Source of the DNA: Cellvibrionaceae bacterium
GTDB lineage: Bacteria; Pseudomonadota; Gammaproteobacteria; Pseudomonadales; JAILXX01
Direction of reading: 5' to 3'
Assembly (NCBI GenBank): GCA_045430295.1
Contig: JAILXX010000005.1
Coordinates: 110,893 to 174,892 of the forward strand
DNA length: 64,000 bases
Under the pieces are notes generated by a model. That model was not told where the DNA came from, did no database searches, and worked only from the letters and a program-made list of their open reading frames with translations. A program made the position numbers and the translations under genes. Below are positions 1 through 7,827 of this stretch, one piece after another; within the stretch, counting starts at the first letter, position 1, and every line of letters starts with the position of its first letter.

Positions 1-860
1 GTGATCTTCCTTCCATATATGATGAGTTTGTTGAAGACCCATTTCCGCTTTTTCTAGGAGTAAGAACAGATAAGGTTGCTACACCGCGGGTAAGTCTTAG
101 TTGGTATCCTGCAGAAAATCTACATTTTTACAGCGCTTATAGTAAAGGTTTTAGAGGCGGAGGCTTTGATCCAAGAGGGCGTTTTGGGTATGAAGAAGTT
201 CAGCGAGGATATTCACCGGAAGTTTTAGATACTTATGAGGTTGGTCTGAAATCGAGAAATCAAAATACAGAGTTGAATATTGCGGTCTTTTTCAGTGATT
301 ACAGCGATATTCAAATATACGGTGGTATTTCCGTTGAGGAAAACAATGAACGAGTTGTTGGATTATCTAACGATGCTTCTGCTACCGTAAAAGGCATAGA
401 GTTCGATTATAAGTACAGCCTTGCCTCCACCCTTGATCTTGGGGTTAGCTTGGGTTGGAATGATTCAAAATATGATCGCAGTATTGATCTATCAGGTAAT
501 GATATTGCTGGGGGGGTAAGACTCCTCAATTTGCCGGATAAAAGTGCTGCGCTATCCGTGGCATATAGGTATTCGTTAGGGGGGGGCACTCTTTCGGCAA
601 TACTGTCAGCCAGCTATCGTAGTGAAACTTATTTGTTTAACTTGCCTGTTGAGAATTCAATTCAACCTTCCTATTGGATTGCTGATCTGGGCGTTAAATG
701 GGAAGCTGCTAGCAAAAGTATTTCTCTGGGTATCGGTGTGCATAATGTTTTTGATCAACGCTATAAAGCATCAGTATTTTATATACCTGAATATAACGTG
801 AATACTGCCTACTTCGGCGATCCGCGCACGATTACGGGTTCGATAAAGATGCGGTTTTGA
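1..860 (+). CDS. TonB-dependent outer-membrane receptor, C-terminal part (5' end outside window)
   Basis: Frame 3 is open from the window edge to the stop at 858-860. It has a beta-barrel-like alternating pattern, 'YSKGFRGGGF', and a terminal aromatic '...GSIKMRF' typical of TBDR C-termini. Confidence 0.8.
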   Translation, partial: DLPSIYDEFVEDPFPLFLGVRTDKVATPRVSLSWYPAENLHFYSAYSKGFRGGGFDPRGRFGYEEVQRGYSPEVLDTYEVGLKSRNQNTELNIAVFFSDYSDIQIYGGISVEENNERVVGLSNDASATVKGIEFDYKYSLASTLDLGVSLGWNDSKYDRSIDLSGNDIAGGVRLLNLPDKSAALSVAYRYSLGGGTLSAILSASYRSETYLFNLPVENSIQPSYWIADLGVKWEAASKSISLGIGVHNVFDQRYKASVFYIPEYNVNTAYFGDPRTITGSIKMRF

Positions 861-937
861 TATTGGGGCTCTATTCGTTACGGGCAGAATTGGAGTGGCA
901 GCCTAGCATTAGTTAGGGCCTGACTGGAAAAGAAAGG

Positions 938-1139
938 CATAAAAAAAGCCTCGCGATTGCGGAGATTCTTTTAAGGTGTGAGGGTGAGTTGGGGTTGGCG
1001 GAATGCTCGCTCCATCCTTGGAGCTCGGCCTAGCGGCCCGCCCGTTCGGGCGTCCAAATTTGCTCCTGGCAAATTTGTCGAACCACATCGGTGCTCCTCA
1101 TCCGCCACTGGGCGCCATAAAAAAAGCCTCGCGATTGCG
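938..1139. repeat. 24-bp direct repeat (938-961 = 1116-1139, cataaaaaaagcctcgcgattgcg) flanking a 154-bp hairpin-rich element
   Basis: Read directly. Internal hairpins lie at about 1009-1024 (gctcca/tggagc) and about 1055-1077 (caaatttgc/gcaaatttg). The module gaatgc..ctcca..tggag recurs at 15481-15501. Confidence 0.7.
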
Positions 1140-1148
1140 AGGCTTTTT
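1119..1148. terminator. Bidirectional rho-independent terminator, probably the original tRNA-Phe terminator
   Basis: Stem agcctcgc / gcgaggct with loop gatt. An A-run lies on one side and a T-run on the other, directly abutting the displaced tRNA-Phe 3' fragment. Confidence 0.75.
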
Positions 1149-1150
1149 GT

Positions 1151-1198
1151 ATGGTGCCCAGAGGCGGAATCGAACCACCGACACGAGGATTTTCAATC
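1151..1198 (-). repeat. attL: displaced 3' fragment of tRNA-Phe (tRNA nt 30-76 plus 1 nt), exact copy of 6207-6254
   Basis: 48/48 identity, read directly from both loci. Confidence 0.9.
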
Positions 1199-1337
1199 GC
1201 ACCCTATTAAAAAACGGCAATAACACACAGTATGTCATGTCTCGTAACTATCTGATTTTATTGGTTAGGTAGGTATCTTGGTGGTGTGTTTTCTGGCTCT
1301 TTGTTGCCGGTTAGTGTGACATGAGTGTGACGTGATA

Positions 1338-1955
1338 TTAGAAATCTCCTTTGGCTATAAATGAAACGGAGTCTATTTCGATGAAGCGCTTATCGGACAT
1401 GCATGAAAGCCTAGCATCAGGCTGTAAATCACCAGAAAAAACAACAGTCACTTTTCGGTGGGTCATGTCCTCAAATTTCTTGTATAGCTCCTTAATCGAT
1501 AGCTTCTCTACTAAGTAGCCATTTCTCTTGAAGCCAAGATGTAGAGCATTTAAGGGTTCTAGCTCGTGATAATCTAGTTTTTGCAAAAGTGCATAGCATA
1601 TGTTTTTTGCGTTTTTATACGAACGTTTTATAGAGCGCCTGGGGCTTATAGTTGATGAAAGCTCTATAGAGAATTTTCCGGCGTCCCAGTCGAGGTTGAC
1701 GCTTGGGTATGCATTTATATATGCATTTTTGACATCGGATTTTGTGAGTTCAATGGTGGTGTGTAGGCTGGTTATTTCATGCTTAGAGCTATAGGCTTTT
1801 TTAATTCTCATATTCTCTTGTAGAAGAAATAAGTCCATCATTGATGGGGGTTCGTCCATCATACTTTTCTGAATTTTGGTGGGCTCAGATTGAGCGAGAG
1901 AGGAAACTAAAATTGAAAGAGATACTAGGAAAAGTGCTTTCTTGCTGTATGTCAC
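1338..1955 (-). CDS. Hypothetical secreted protein (island ORFan)
   Basis: GTG start 6 nt after an AGGAAG RBS. The N-terminus 'KKALFLVSLSILVSSLAQS' looks like a Sec signal peptide. I recognise no family. Confidence 0.6.
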   Translation of the reverse strand: MTYSKKALFLVSLSILVSSLAQSEPTKIQKSMMDEPPSMMDLFLLQENMRIKKAYSSKHEITSLHTTIELTKSDVKNAYINAYPSVNLDWDAGKFSIELSSTISPRRSIKRSYKNAKNICYALLQKLDYHELEPLNALHLGFKRNGYLVEKLSIKELYKKFEDMTHRKVTVVFSGDLQPDARLSCMSDKRFIEIDSVSFIAKGDF

Positions 1956-2129
1956 GTGACTTCCTTTTAATGGGGTTATGGCAGATATATAGAAAGGTGT
2001 CCTTTAAAGGGCTTTATTGAAAATGCTAAATTATCCCTGACTAGGGCTTTATAGAGACTAACAAATATATCTGGAAAAGTAGACTAGTCCTTCAGAGGGC
2101 TCAGGTTGAACCCTCCTAGAGACTGGGAG

Positions 2130-2534
2130 TTATTTAAGGGAAGGGTGTTGGTGGAGAGGGATGGGTGGAGTTCTGGTTGGGTTTAGTTCTAGCTTACCTC
2201 CGCACTCGTCAATAGAAAGCCATGTAAAGGCGTATAAGCTGCACTTGTTTAAGCCTCCTTGTCGTGTGACTAATACAAGGTCTGCGCTAATTAGGGCCTT
2301 TAAGGCGCGCCTCAGGGTGCCGTTAGATGTCCAGCCTCTAAGCTTCATAATCTTCATAGTTACGCAAAAATCCCCGTTATTGTGCCCGTTATATTGTCTA
2401 GCCATATCCACAAGCAGCGTCTTCGCTGGGTGTGGGAGGCTGATATATGCCGGTAAGTCTAATAATTTATGATAGAGCTGGAAGAAGGGCGGTGAGCCGC
2501 CCCTCCCTTTGATTTTTTGCCTTGTTCTAGCCAT
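2130..2534 (-). CDS. Small winged-helix-like island protein (unknown function)
   Basis: I prefer the ATG at 2534 (MARTRQKIKGRGG...), which overlaps the upstream stop by 8 nt. The pattern '...NNGDF..T...M...GW.S..TLRRALKAL....LV..TRQG' resembles small phage/island wHTH proteins. This is recollection only. Confidence 0.5.
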   Translation of the reverse strand: MARTRQKIKGRGGSPPFFQLYHKLLDLPAYISLPHPAKTLLVDMARQYNGHNNGDFCVTMKIMKLRGWTSNGTLRRALKALISADLVLVTRQGGLNKCSLYAFTWLSIDECGGKLELNPTRTPPIPLHQHPSLK

Positions 2535-2946
2535 CCTCTGTCCCTCCGTCCTTGAGAGTGGTAATATTTTTTTTAGTCTTACTGCGTATGTCTGTAGTTT
2601 GGCTAAGAGAGAGGGAGGTGGCCGCCTCTTTTTCTCTTCTCCTTTTTTCCCATTCAAAAACCTTTAATGAGTATTCTTTGCCTCTTTTTCCTGCTTTAGA
2701 AATATTAGGTATTTCAAGGAAGTAGACACAGAATGTGGCATTTCTGCCTGTGGGGTCATTGGTTTTTGATGTTCTTCGTTGGCTGGTGATAGGCCATTGG
2801 TATTTATTTCTTAATCGCTCTATACAGGCCGCTAGGCGGTATGTGGATGCCTCATGCTGGAATGTTAGGTGGGTAAGCCTTTCGGCTCTGAGAAGCCTAG
2901 CTAAAGCTCTTGAAGGGAGTTTTCCAATATTTGGGGGGTATTTCAT
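2527..2946 (-). CDS. Helix-turn-helix protein (phage/island HTH type)
   Basis: 'STYRLAACIERLRNKYQWPI' matches the R-L-x-x-R-I-x-x-L-R-x-x-G-x-x-I recognition-helix pattern of phage HTH proteins. The start overlaps the upstream stop as TAATG, behind a GGAGGAG RBS. Confidence 0.55.
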   Translation of the reverse strand: MKYPPNIGKLPSRALARLLRAERLTHLTFQHEASTYRLAACIERLRNKYQWPITSQRRTSKTNDPTGRNATFCVYFLEIPNISKAGKRGKEYSLKVFEWEKRRREKEAATSLSLSQTTDIRSKTKKNITTLKDGGTEDG

Positions 2947-3167
2947 TATTCAGCTCCTCCCTGAATAGCTTGGTTATCTAGCCACTCTTCAAATGCATCA
3001 AGGTCGATAAGTACTTTTCGGCCTGCCCGGCGGATACAGCTAGCAAAGCCATTCTGCTCGCGATTGAAAATTAGCCAACGGATACTGTTTTCAGTGAGGT
3101 TGGAGTCGGGGTAATGTGAAGGAAGGTTTTTTACTGAGCTGTAACGTTTAGGGTTGTTCATAATCAA
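2946..3167 (-). CDS. AlpA/excisionase-family DNA-binding protein
   Basis: 73 aa. '...IRWLIFNREQNGF...IRRAGRKVLIDLDAFEEWL' is the typical excisionase/AlpA HTH with a C-terminal 'F..WL'. It lies inside an integrase-bearing island. Confidence 0.7.
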   Translation of the reverse strand: MIMNNPKRYSSVKNLPSHYPDSNLTENSIRWLIFNREQNGFASCIRRAGRKVLIDLDAFEEWLDNQAIQGGAE

Positions 3168-3269
3168 ATCTCTTTATTTAAAATGAGATTTGATTATTGA
3201 GAGTTGGTGGGTTTATGTATAAGGGTAAAGGCGGGTGTAAATAATTTGTGTATTTACCCCTTGTGAGTC

Positions 3270-3905
3270 CTAAATTTTATTTTTTCTCGATTTTTTTAGG
3301 TAGTTTTTAATACTCTCTAGCCGGATGTCTTCATTATCCTGATAATGGTTTATTTGCATTTCATTTAAGCACGAATCAATAAATCCAATCTGGGTGATAC
3401 CACGAATCTTATTTCTATGCTTACTTAGCTTTGTGTAAGTTGAAGCTAGTTCAGAGATAGCTTTTTCATGAGGGTATGCTGTAAGAGGTCTGGTTGCGAC
3501 TTTGTCTTTTATAGTTTTAGCGATATGTTCGCAGCGATAAGCTAAGTATGGGAGTTTATCTTTGATTATGTAGAGTTCTTGATATGAAAGGCCTACGCTA
3601 TCAGAAAGCTTCATATTTTGATTTATGTTTGCCTTAGAGAGAAGGCGAGATAGCTCGTGTGCTACAGTGGAAACCTCTAGAAAATACTCTTCTTCCTCAT
3701 TTTTTGTTGGGGTTTTTCTAATATGTTCTTGCGATAAAAGATAGCTTACCCGAATGGCGTTAAGCTTTTTTGCTAAATTATCATCCGATATTCCTTTCAA
3801 GGAGAAAGCTAATTTAAGTTCTCGGCAAAAGCTTGGGGATATGATGTCATCGTGCCGAATGATTACGTCCGACATATCTTTGACTGCTTTTTTCTTTTTC
3901 ATCAA
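3270..3905 (-). CDS. Hypothetical protein (island ORFan), translationally coupled to int
   Basis: The start overlaps the integrase stop by 4 nt. Very AT-rich and lysine-rich, with no motif I recognise. Confidence 0.55.
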   Translation of the reverse strand: MMKKKKAVKDMSDVIIRHDDIISPSFCRELKLAFSLKGISDDNLAKKLNAIRVSYLLSQEHIRKTPTKNEEEEYFLEVSTVAHELSRLLSKANINQNMKLSDSVGLSYQELYIIKDKLPYLAYRCEHIAKTIKDKVATRPLTAYPHEKAISELASTYTKLSKHRNKIRGITQIGFIDSCLNEMQINHYQDNEDIRLESIKNYLKKSRKNKI

Positions 3906-4942
3906 TCAAAAATTCCAGAGTTCATTCGTTCTAAAACTTTACTCGTATGTTGCTCTGATAGGTGAGCGTAGCGCTTAACCATTTGTAATGTTTTATGTCC
4001 AAGGATGTCGGCAATTTCAGCTAAGGATGCGCCATTCATGGCTAGGTAGCTTGCTGCGGTGTGGCGGAGGTCATGGAATTTGAAGTCTTGTATGTCAGCT
4101 TCTTTTAGCGCTTTTCCCCAGGGGGTGCGGATGAAAACAGGGGCCGATGGCTTCGTTTCACTGTAAAACACTAAGTCAGTGTCTAATCTACGAACTTTGG
4201 AAAGCTCTTCAATAAGTTCTTTAGCGTGTCCCACTAAAGGGACTGCGCGGCGTTCTCCATTTTTCGTTTCATGTAGAGTGATATACCCCCTGTTGAGGTC
4301 TATATCAGGCCATCGCATGCCTAGGACTTCCATTTGTCTCATGCCTGTTGAGAGGGCTAAAACAACAACGGGGTATAGCTGTTTGCATGGGGAGGTTTTA
4401 CAGCAGGCCAATAACCTTGCTCGTTCTTCGTCACTCAGAAACCGCACTCGTCCACGGGGTTCTTTTGGCTTTCTGACCTTTCTCATGGGGTTGTCATCAA
4501 GCCATTCCCACTCATTAACAGCGACTGTAAACGCGTGAGACAGTGCGGCCATATAACGAACTACGGTTGCGGGTTGTCGGCCTTTATGGAGCTTATCTCT
4601 GGTTTCCGCTAGAAGAGGTGGGGTGATGTCTGCAAGAGAGCGGTAGCCTAGCTCTTTTTTCCACCATGTAAGTTGGCGGCCTTGAGCATTCATGCTTTTA
4701 GGCTTGGAGGGCAGAACATCGCGAATATAGCGGTCTATGAGTTCTTCTAAAGTCCTTCTCTTGGCTTCTGTTGTTTTAAAATGGCGCCCTTCGCGAATGG
4801 CTGATTCTGTTTGTTGTACCCACCGCTTTGCATCCGTTTTTCGGTTAAAGGTGGCTGTTTGCATGGGAAAGCCTTTAAGCCTTACCTGTGCTTGGTAGCG
4901 TATTTCACCGTTGTTAGTTCTTCTTTCTCGGATGGTTGCCAT
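3902..4942 (-). CDS. int: Tyrosine recombinase / phage-type integrase
   Basis: Box I 'LSTGMRQMEVLGMRWPDI', box II 'HDLRHTAASYLAMNG', and 'LGHKTLQMVKRYAHL' carrying the catalytic Tyr. The N-terminal SAM-like 'IRYQAQVRLKG' also fits. Confidence 0.92.
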   Translation of the reverse strand: MATIRERRTNNGEIRYQAQVRLKGFPMQTATFNRKTDAKRWVQQTESAIREGRHFKTTEAKRRTLEELIDRYIRDVLPSKPKSMNAQGRQLTWWKKELGYRSLADITPPLLAETRDKLHKGRQPATVVRYMAALSHAFTVAVNEWEWLDDNPMRKVRKPKEPRGRVRFLSDEERARLLACCKTSPCKQLYPVVVLALSTGMRQMEVLGMRWPDIDLNRGYITLHETKNGERRAVPLVGHAKELIEELSKVRRLDTDLVFYSETKPSAPVFIRTPWGKALKEADIQDFKFHDLRHTAASYLAMNGASLAEIADILGHKTLQMVKRYAHLSEQHTSKVLERMNSGIFD

Positions 4943-5140
4943 TTGGCTGCGTGACTCGTACTTGTAGCGAAATTCAACAGAGAGCTAAAAAGTACAACAG
5001 ATAGTAAATTATGGCAATAAATGATTATAAATCCCCGTGTGTTGATTTCTTGTTGCTGTAAAAGCCTTTTATAACAGTAGGTTGCGTTTGTGGTTGGTCG
5101 GAATGTTGATGATTGTCACATATATGACGTAGTGGGGCGG

Positions 5141-5860
5141 TCAGTGAGAGGTGGTGTCGTAGTCTTGAGAGACCTGTTGGTAGAGTTTGCTATTCCAAAG
5201 ATGGAGGCTATTTATGCTAGAGCGAGGGAAGGCCATGTGGTATTGGCGTATTTCTTCAACCGCGTGTGACTGCTCTCCGAGGTTTTCAAGTAGGTTAAAA
5301 ACAACGTTATATGCAGTGGATACATTAAATTTCAGAGTGTCTTCGGTTCGATAGCCGCTCAGAAGTGGAATTATGGTGATGTAGCTATTACTACTTGGCT
5401 CGAACCCGTCTGCGAGTATACCTACATATACTTTCCTGTTGTTTAGGGATATTGCTATGGGCTGTAGGGTTTTCATGCTTTCCCAAAGGATTGCATCAAA
5501 ATCATCTTTCTGCATTGCCCTTTTAAATGCTTTAGCCTTTTTCTCTTCTGTAAGGCAATAATTCAGAGCGCCTGCTGCGCACCAAGCTATGACAGGAGGG
5601 GATAGTGCGGTGTATAGAGGGATATTGTCTTTTTCTATAAAAATGAGAGGCTTAAAATCCAGCCATATAGGTATCAGGAAGGATAAATTTGAAAGAAGTA
5701 TGGCTAGTATTGTGAACGGGAAGCCAAAGAGGACTACCCTTAGATAAAATCTTTGACCGTCATCCCTAGGGAATGAGTAAGAATATGGGATGTACTTGTC
5801 TGTGAAAAGGAACCCTGCGGCAGCCGTTGCAACAATGAAAAGCGATAATGCTGAAAGCAT
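5141..5860 (-). CDS. Hypothetical membrane protein (three N-terminal hydrophobic helices plus a soluble C-terminal domain of about 130 aa)
   Basis: Hydrophobic segments are 'LSLFIVATAAAGFLF', 'VVLFGFPFTILAILLSNLSFLIPIW' and 'SPPVIAWCAAGALNYCL'. It starts 7 nt after the upstream ORF. I recognise no family. Confidence 0.6.
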   Translation of the reverse strand: MLSALSLFIVATAAAGFLFTDKYIPYSYSFPRDDGQRFYLRVVLFGFPFTILAILLSNLSFLIPIWLDFKPLIFIEKDNIPLYTALSPPVIAWCAAGALNYCLTEEKKAKAFKRAMQKDDFDAILWESMKTLQPIAISLNNRKVYVGILADGFEPSSNSYITIIPLLSGYRTEDTLKFNVSTAYNVVFNLLENLGEQSHAVEEIRQYHMAFPRSSINSLHLWNSKLYQQVSQDYDTTSH

Positions 5861-5866
5861 TACTTA

Positions 5867-6064
5867 CTATAACGTCTCTTTATCTTGTGTGGGAAAGTTG
5901 GTTTTAAACTCTTGTGCGATTTCTTTCATTCTATTCAAGAATTTATCAGATGTTACAGCTTGCTTGAGGCTAAGGTGAGCGACACCTCTGGCGCGGATAG
6001 TGTAGGCAGAGTCGGGCAAGCTGTCGTGAAACATCGAATTGCTGTTGTGTGCTTGTTTTTGCAT
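5867..6064 (-). CDS. Small hypothetical protein (65 aa; a 101-aa reading from TTG 6172 is possible)
   Basis: The ATG at 6064 is preceded by a GGGGG RBS with a 4-nt spacer. The gene is tightly linked to 5141-5860. I recognise no family. Confidence 0.45.
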   Translation of the reverse strand: MQKQAHNSNSMFHDSLPDSAYTIRARGVAHLSLKQAVTSDKFLNRMKEIAQEFKTNFPTQDKETL

Positions 6065-6207
6065 GTGACCCCCTATATCTAACTTCATTGTGGCACACTT
6101 TTGTCTAATTTCACCAGTCTTAGCTGAAACTAATCTTTCACTGTGACAGTGGTGTGACATTGCTAGATACAAAAAAGGCCTAGCAGAAGCTAAGCCTTTG
6201 ATTTTTA

Positions 6208-6283
6208 TGGTGCCCAGAGGCGGAATCGAACCACCGACACGAGGATTTTCAATCCTCTGCTCTACCGACTGAGCTATCTGGGC
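6208..6283 (-). tRNA. tRNA-Phe (anticodon GAA)
   Basis: The reverse complement reads GCCCAGATAGCTCAGTCGGTAGAGCAGAGGATTGAAAATCCTCGTGTCGGTGGTTCGATTCCGCCTCTGGGCACCA. It is 76 nt, folds as a cloverleaf, has GAA at positions 34-36 and encodes the CCA. Confidence 0.97.
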
Positions 6284-6412
6284 ATTTCTTCGGGCTACGT
6301 CCCCAAGAGGCGCGTATTAAAGCGATATGCGCGCCTGGAGTCAACCCCTGATTTGGGTTTGGCGCACCTCGGTGAGGGATGTTTCCAAAGTTGGTGATTT
6401 TATGTTCGACAG

Positions 6413-6685
6413 CTATTCGCTTGGTGGGACGTAGCCGTCGGCTTGGTCCACTTCTTCGCCCGATAGGAACTTATCCATCTGCTCTTGCAGGTAGGCGCGG
6501 GCGGTCTGATCCATCATGTTGAGACGCTTTTCATTGATCAGCAGGGTTTGATGCTGCATCCACTCTTGCCAAGCCTTCTGGGACACATTATTCAGGATAT
6601 CTTCGCCCTTGGTTCCGGGGAATGGGGTCACTGGCAGCGCGGGAAGTTCTTCTTTGTACTTGCGGCAAAATACGGTACGGCTCAT
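6413..6685 (-). CDS. yggX: Fe(2+)-trafficking / oxidative-damage protection protein YggX
   Basis: 90 aa, '[10 protein letters not shown]...LPGE-like...[18 protein letters not shown]'. ATGA overlap with mutY, as in enterics. Confidence 0.9.
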   Translation of the reverse strand: MSRTVFCRKYKEELPALPVTPFPGTKGEDILNNVSQKAWQEWMQHQTLLINEKRLNMMDQTARAYLQEQMDKFLSGEEVDQADGYVPPSE

Positions 6686-7827
6686 AACAAGGTTTCCTGT
6701 TTGAAAGGCCTGGGGCTAGGCATTGGGCTGGGGGTTGAGCCAGACGTTGTTTTGGGGTTTTGCAGCATCTGAAGTAACTTCTTCACGGGTGCCGCGAGAC
6801 CAACGCTGGCGGGTTGCTGGGGGTTATACCAGAGCTGGCGATTATCTTCCATCACGGTACGGGATGAGCGCTCCAGCTCAATCAACACCGGTGTGATATC
6901 CAGGTGGTAGTGACTAAAGGTGTGACGGAACGGCTCCCAAGGGGTGGTGCGGTGGATCTTGCCCCAGGTTTGTTGTCCGTGTTCTTGTGGGCACTGGCCG
7001 GTTTCCAGTTCGGGGAGGCTGTAGAGTCCCCCCCAGATGCCGGTGGGGGGGCGCTGTTGTAGCAGAAGCTCACCTTCAGGGTTGAGTACCATCAGTAGCT
7101 GAACCGTCTTGGTGGGGAGGACTTTTTTCGGCTTCTTACCGGGATAGTCTTGTGGGTTGCCTTGATCAAAAGCGTTGCAGTGAGTTTGTAGTGGGCAGGC
7201 CTCGCAGGTGGGCTTGCTGCGGCTACAGACGGTGGCTCCCAGATCCATCATGGCTTGGGTGTAATGATGGCAGTCTTGATCGGGAGTGTACTGTTCTGCG
7301 ATTTGCCACAGTTGTTTTAACACATTGCTCTTCCCGGGCCAGCCTTCAATAGCGTGGAAGCGAGCCAAAACCCGCTTCACATTGCCGTCGAGAATGGCCG
7401 CGCTGATGCCCATGCTGATACTGGCGATGGCGCCGGCAGTGGAGCGACCAATGCCAGAGAGTTCACTGAGTTCATCGACACTTTGAGGAAACTCGCCGCC
7501 GTATTGCTCCATCACGGCCTGAGCGCACTTGTGAAGGTTGCGGGCACGGGCGTAGTAGCCCAAGCCGGTCCAAAGATGCAATACATCATCAATAGGGGCA
7601 CTGGCCAAGGCCTCTACAGTGGGGAAGCGCTCCATAAAGCGTTCGAAGTAAGGGATGACAGTAGCAACTTGAGTTTGTTGCAACATAATTTCTGAAACCC
7701 ATACGCGGTATGGGGAAATATTTTTTTGCCACGGCAAATGCTTCCGACCGCTTTTTTCAAACCACGCCAAAACCGCAGAAGAAAAGTCAAAGTCCTCGTT
7801 GGAGACTGGGGTATACTGAGACGTCAC
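6682..7827 (-). CDS. mutY: A/G-specific adenine DNA glycosylase MutY (start uncertain: GTG 7827 or 7911)
   Basis: 'GRKHLPWQ', '[16 protein letters not shown]', the HhH-GPD region, the 4Fe-4S cluster '[17 protein letters not shown]', and a NUDIX-like C-terminal domain. A Ser/Pro-rich C-terminal tail is present. Confidence 0.88.
   Translation of the reverse strand: MTSQYTPVSNEDFDFSSAVLAWFEKSGRKHLPWQKNISPYRVWVSEIMLQQTQVATVIPYFERFMERFPTVEALASAPIDDVLHLWTGLGYYARARNLHKCAQAVMEQYGGEFPQSVDELSELSGIGRSTAGAIASISMGISAAILDGNVKRVLARFHAIEGWPGKSNVLKQLWQIAEQYTPDQDCHHYTQAMMDLGATVCSRSKPTCEACPLQTHCNAFDQGNPQDYPGKKPKKVLPTKTVQLLMVLNPEGELLLQQRPPTGIWGGLYSLPELETGQCPQEHGQQTWGKIHRTTPWEPFRHTFSHYHLDITPVLIELERSSRTVMEDNRQLWYNPQQPASVGLAAPVKKLLQMLQNPKTTSGSTPSPMPSPRPFKQETLL

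Larger units (their letters stand above)
1151..6254 (-). mobile_element. Small integrative genomic island inserted in the 3' end of tRNA-Phe
   Basis: An exact 48-bp direct repeat bounds 5,008 bp. The island has a tyrosine integrase and an excisionase-type HTH. All genes are co-oriented with overlapping stops and starts. It is visibly more AT-rich than the flanks. Confidence 0.85.

Noticed and set aside
978-1272. ORFs of 81 and 89 aa (978-1223, 1003-1272)
   Set aside because: They run through hairpin-rich repeat DNA, a terminator and the displaced tRNA-Phe fragment. They are translation artefacts of structured non-coding sequence.
2535-2657. N-terminal extension of the 175-aa ORF (2130-2657)
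   Set aside because: It overlaps the 3' 123 nt of the better-supported HTH gene 2527-2946 in another frame. The internal ATG at 2534 gives a compact 8-nt overlap typical of the island's packing.
1151-6254. Calling the island a defined phage satellite (P4-like, PICI or PICMI)
   Set aside because: No primase/replicase, terminase small subunit, capsid-remodelling or cos/pac feature is recognisable. Small size and int plus alpA alone are not sufficient. I keep it only as a hypothesis in the findings.
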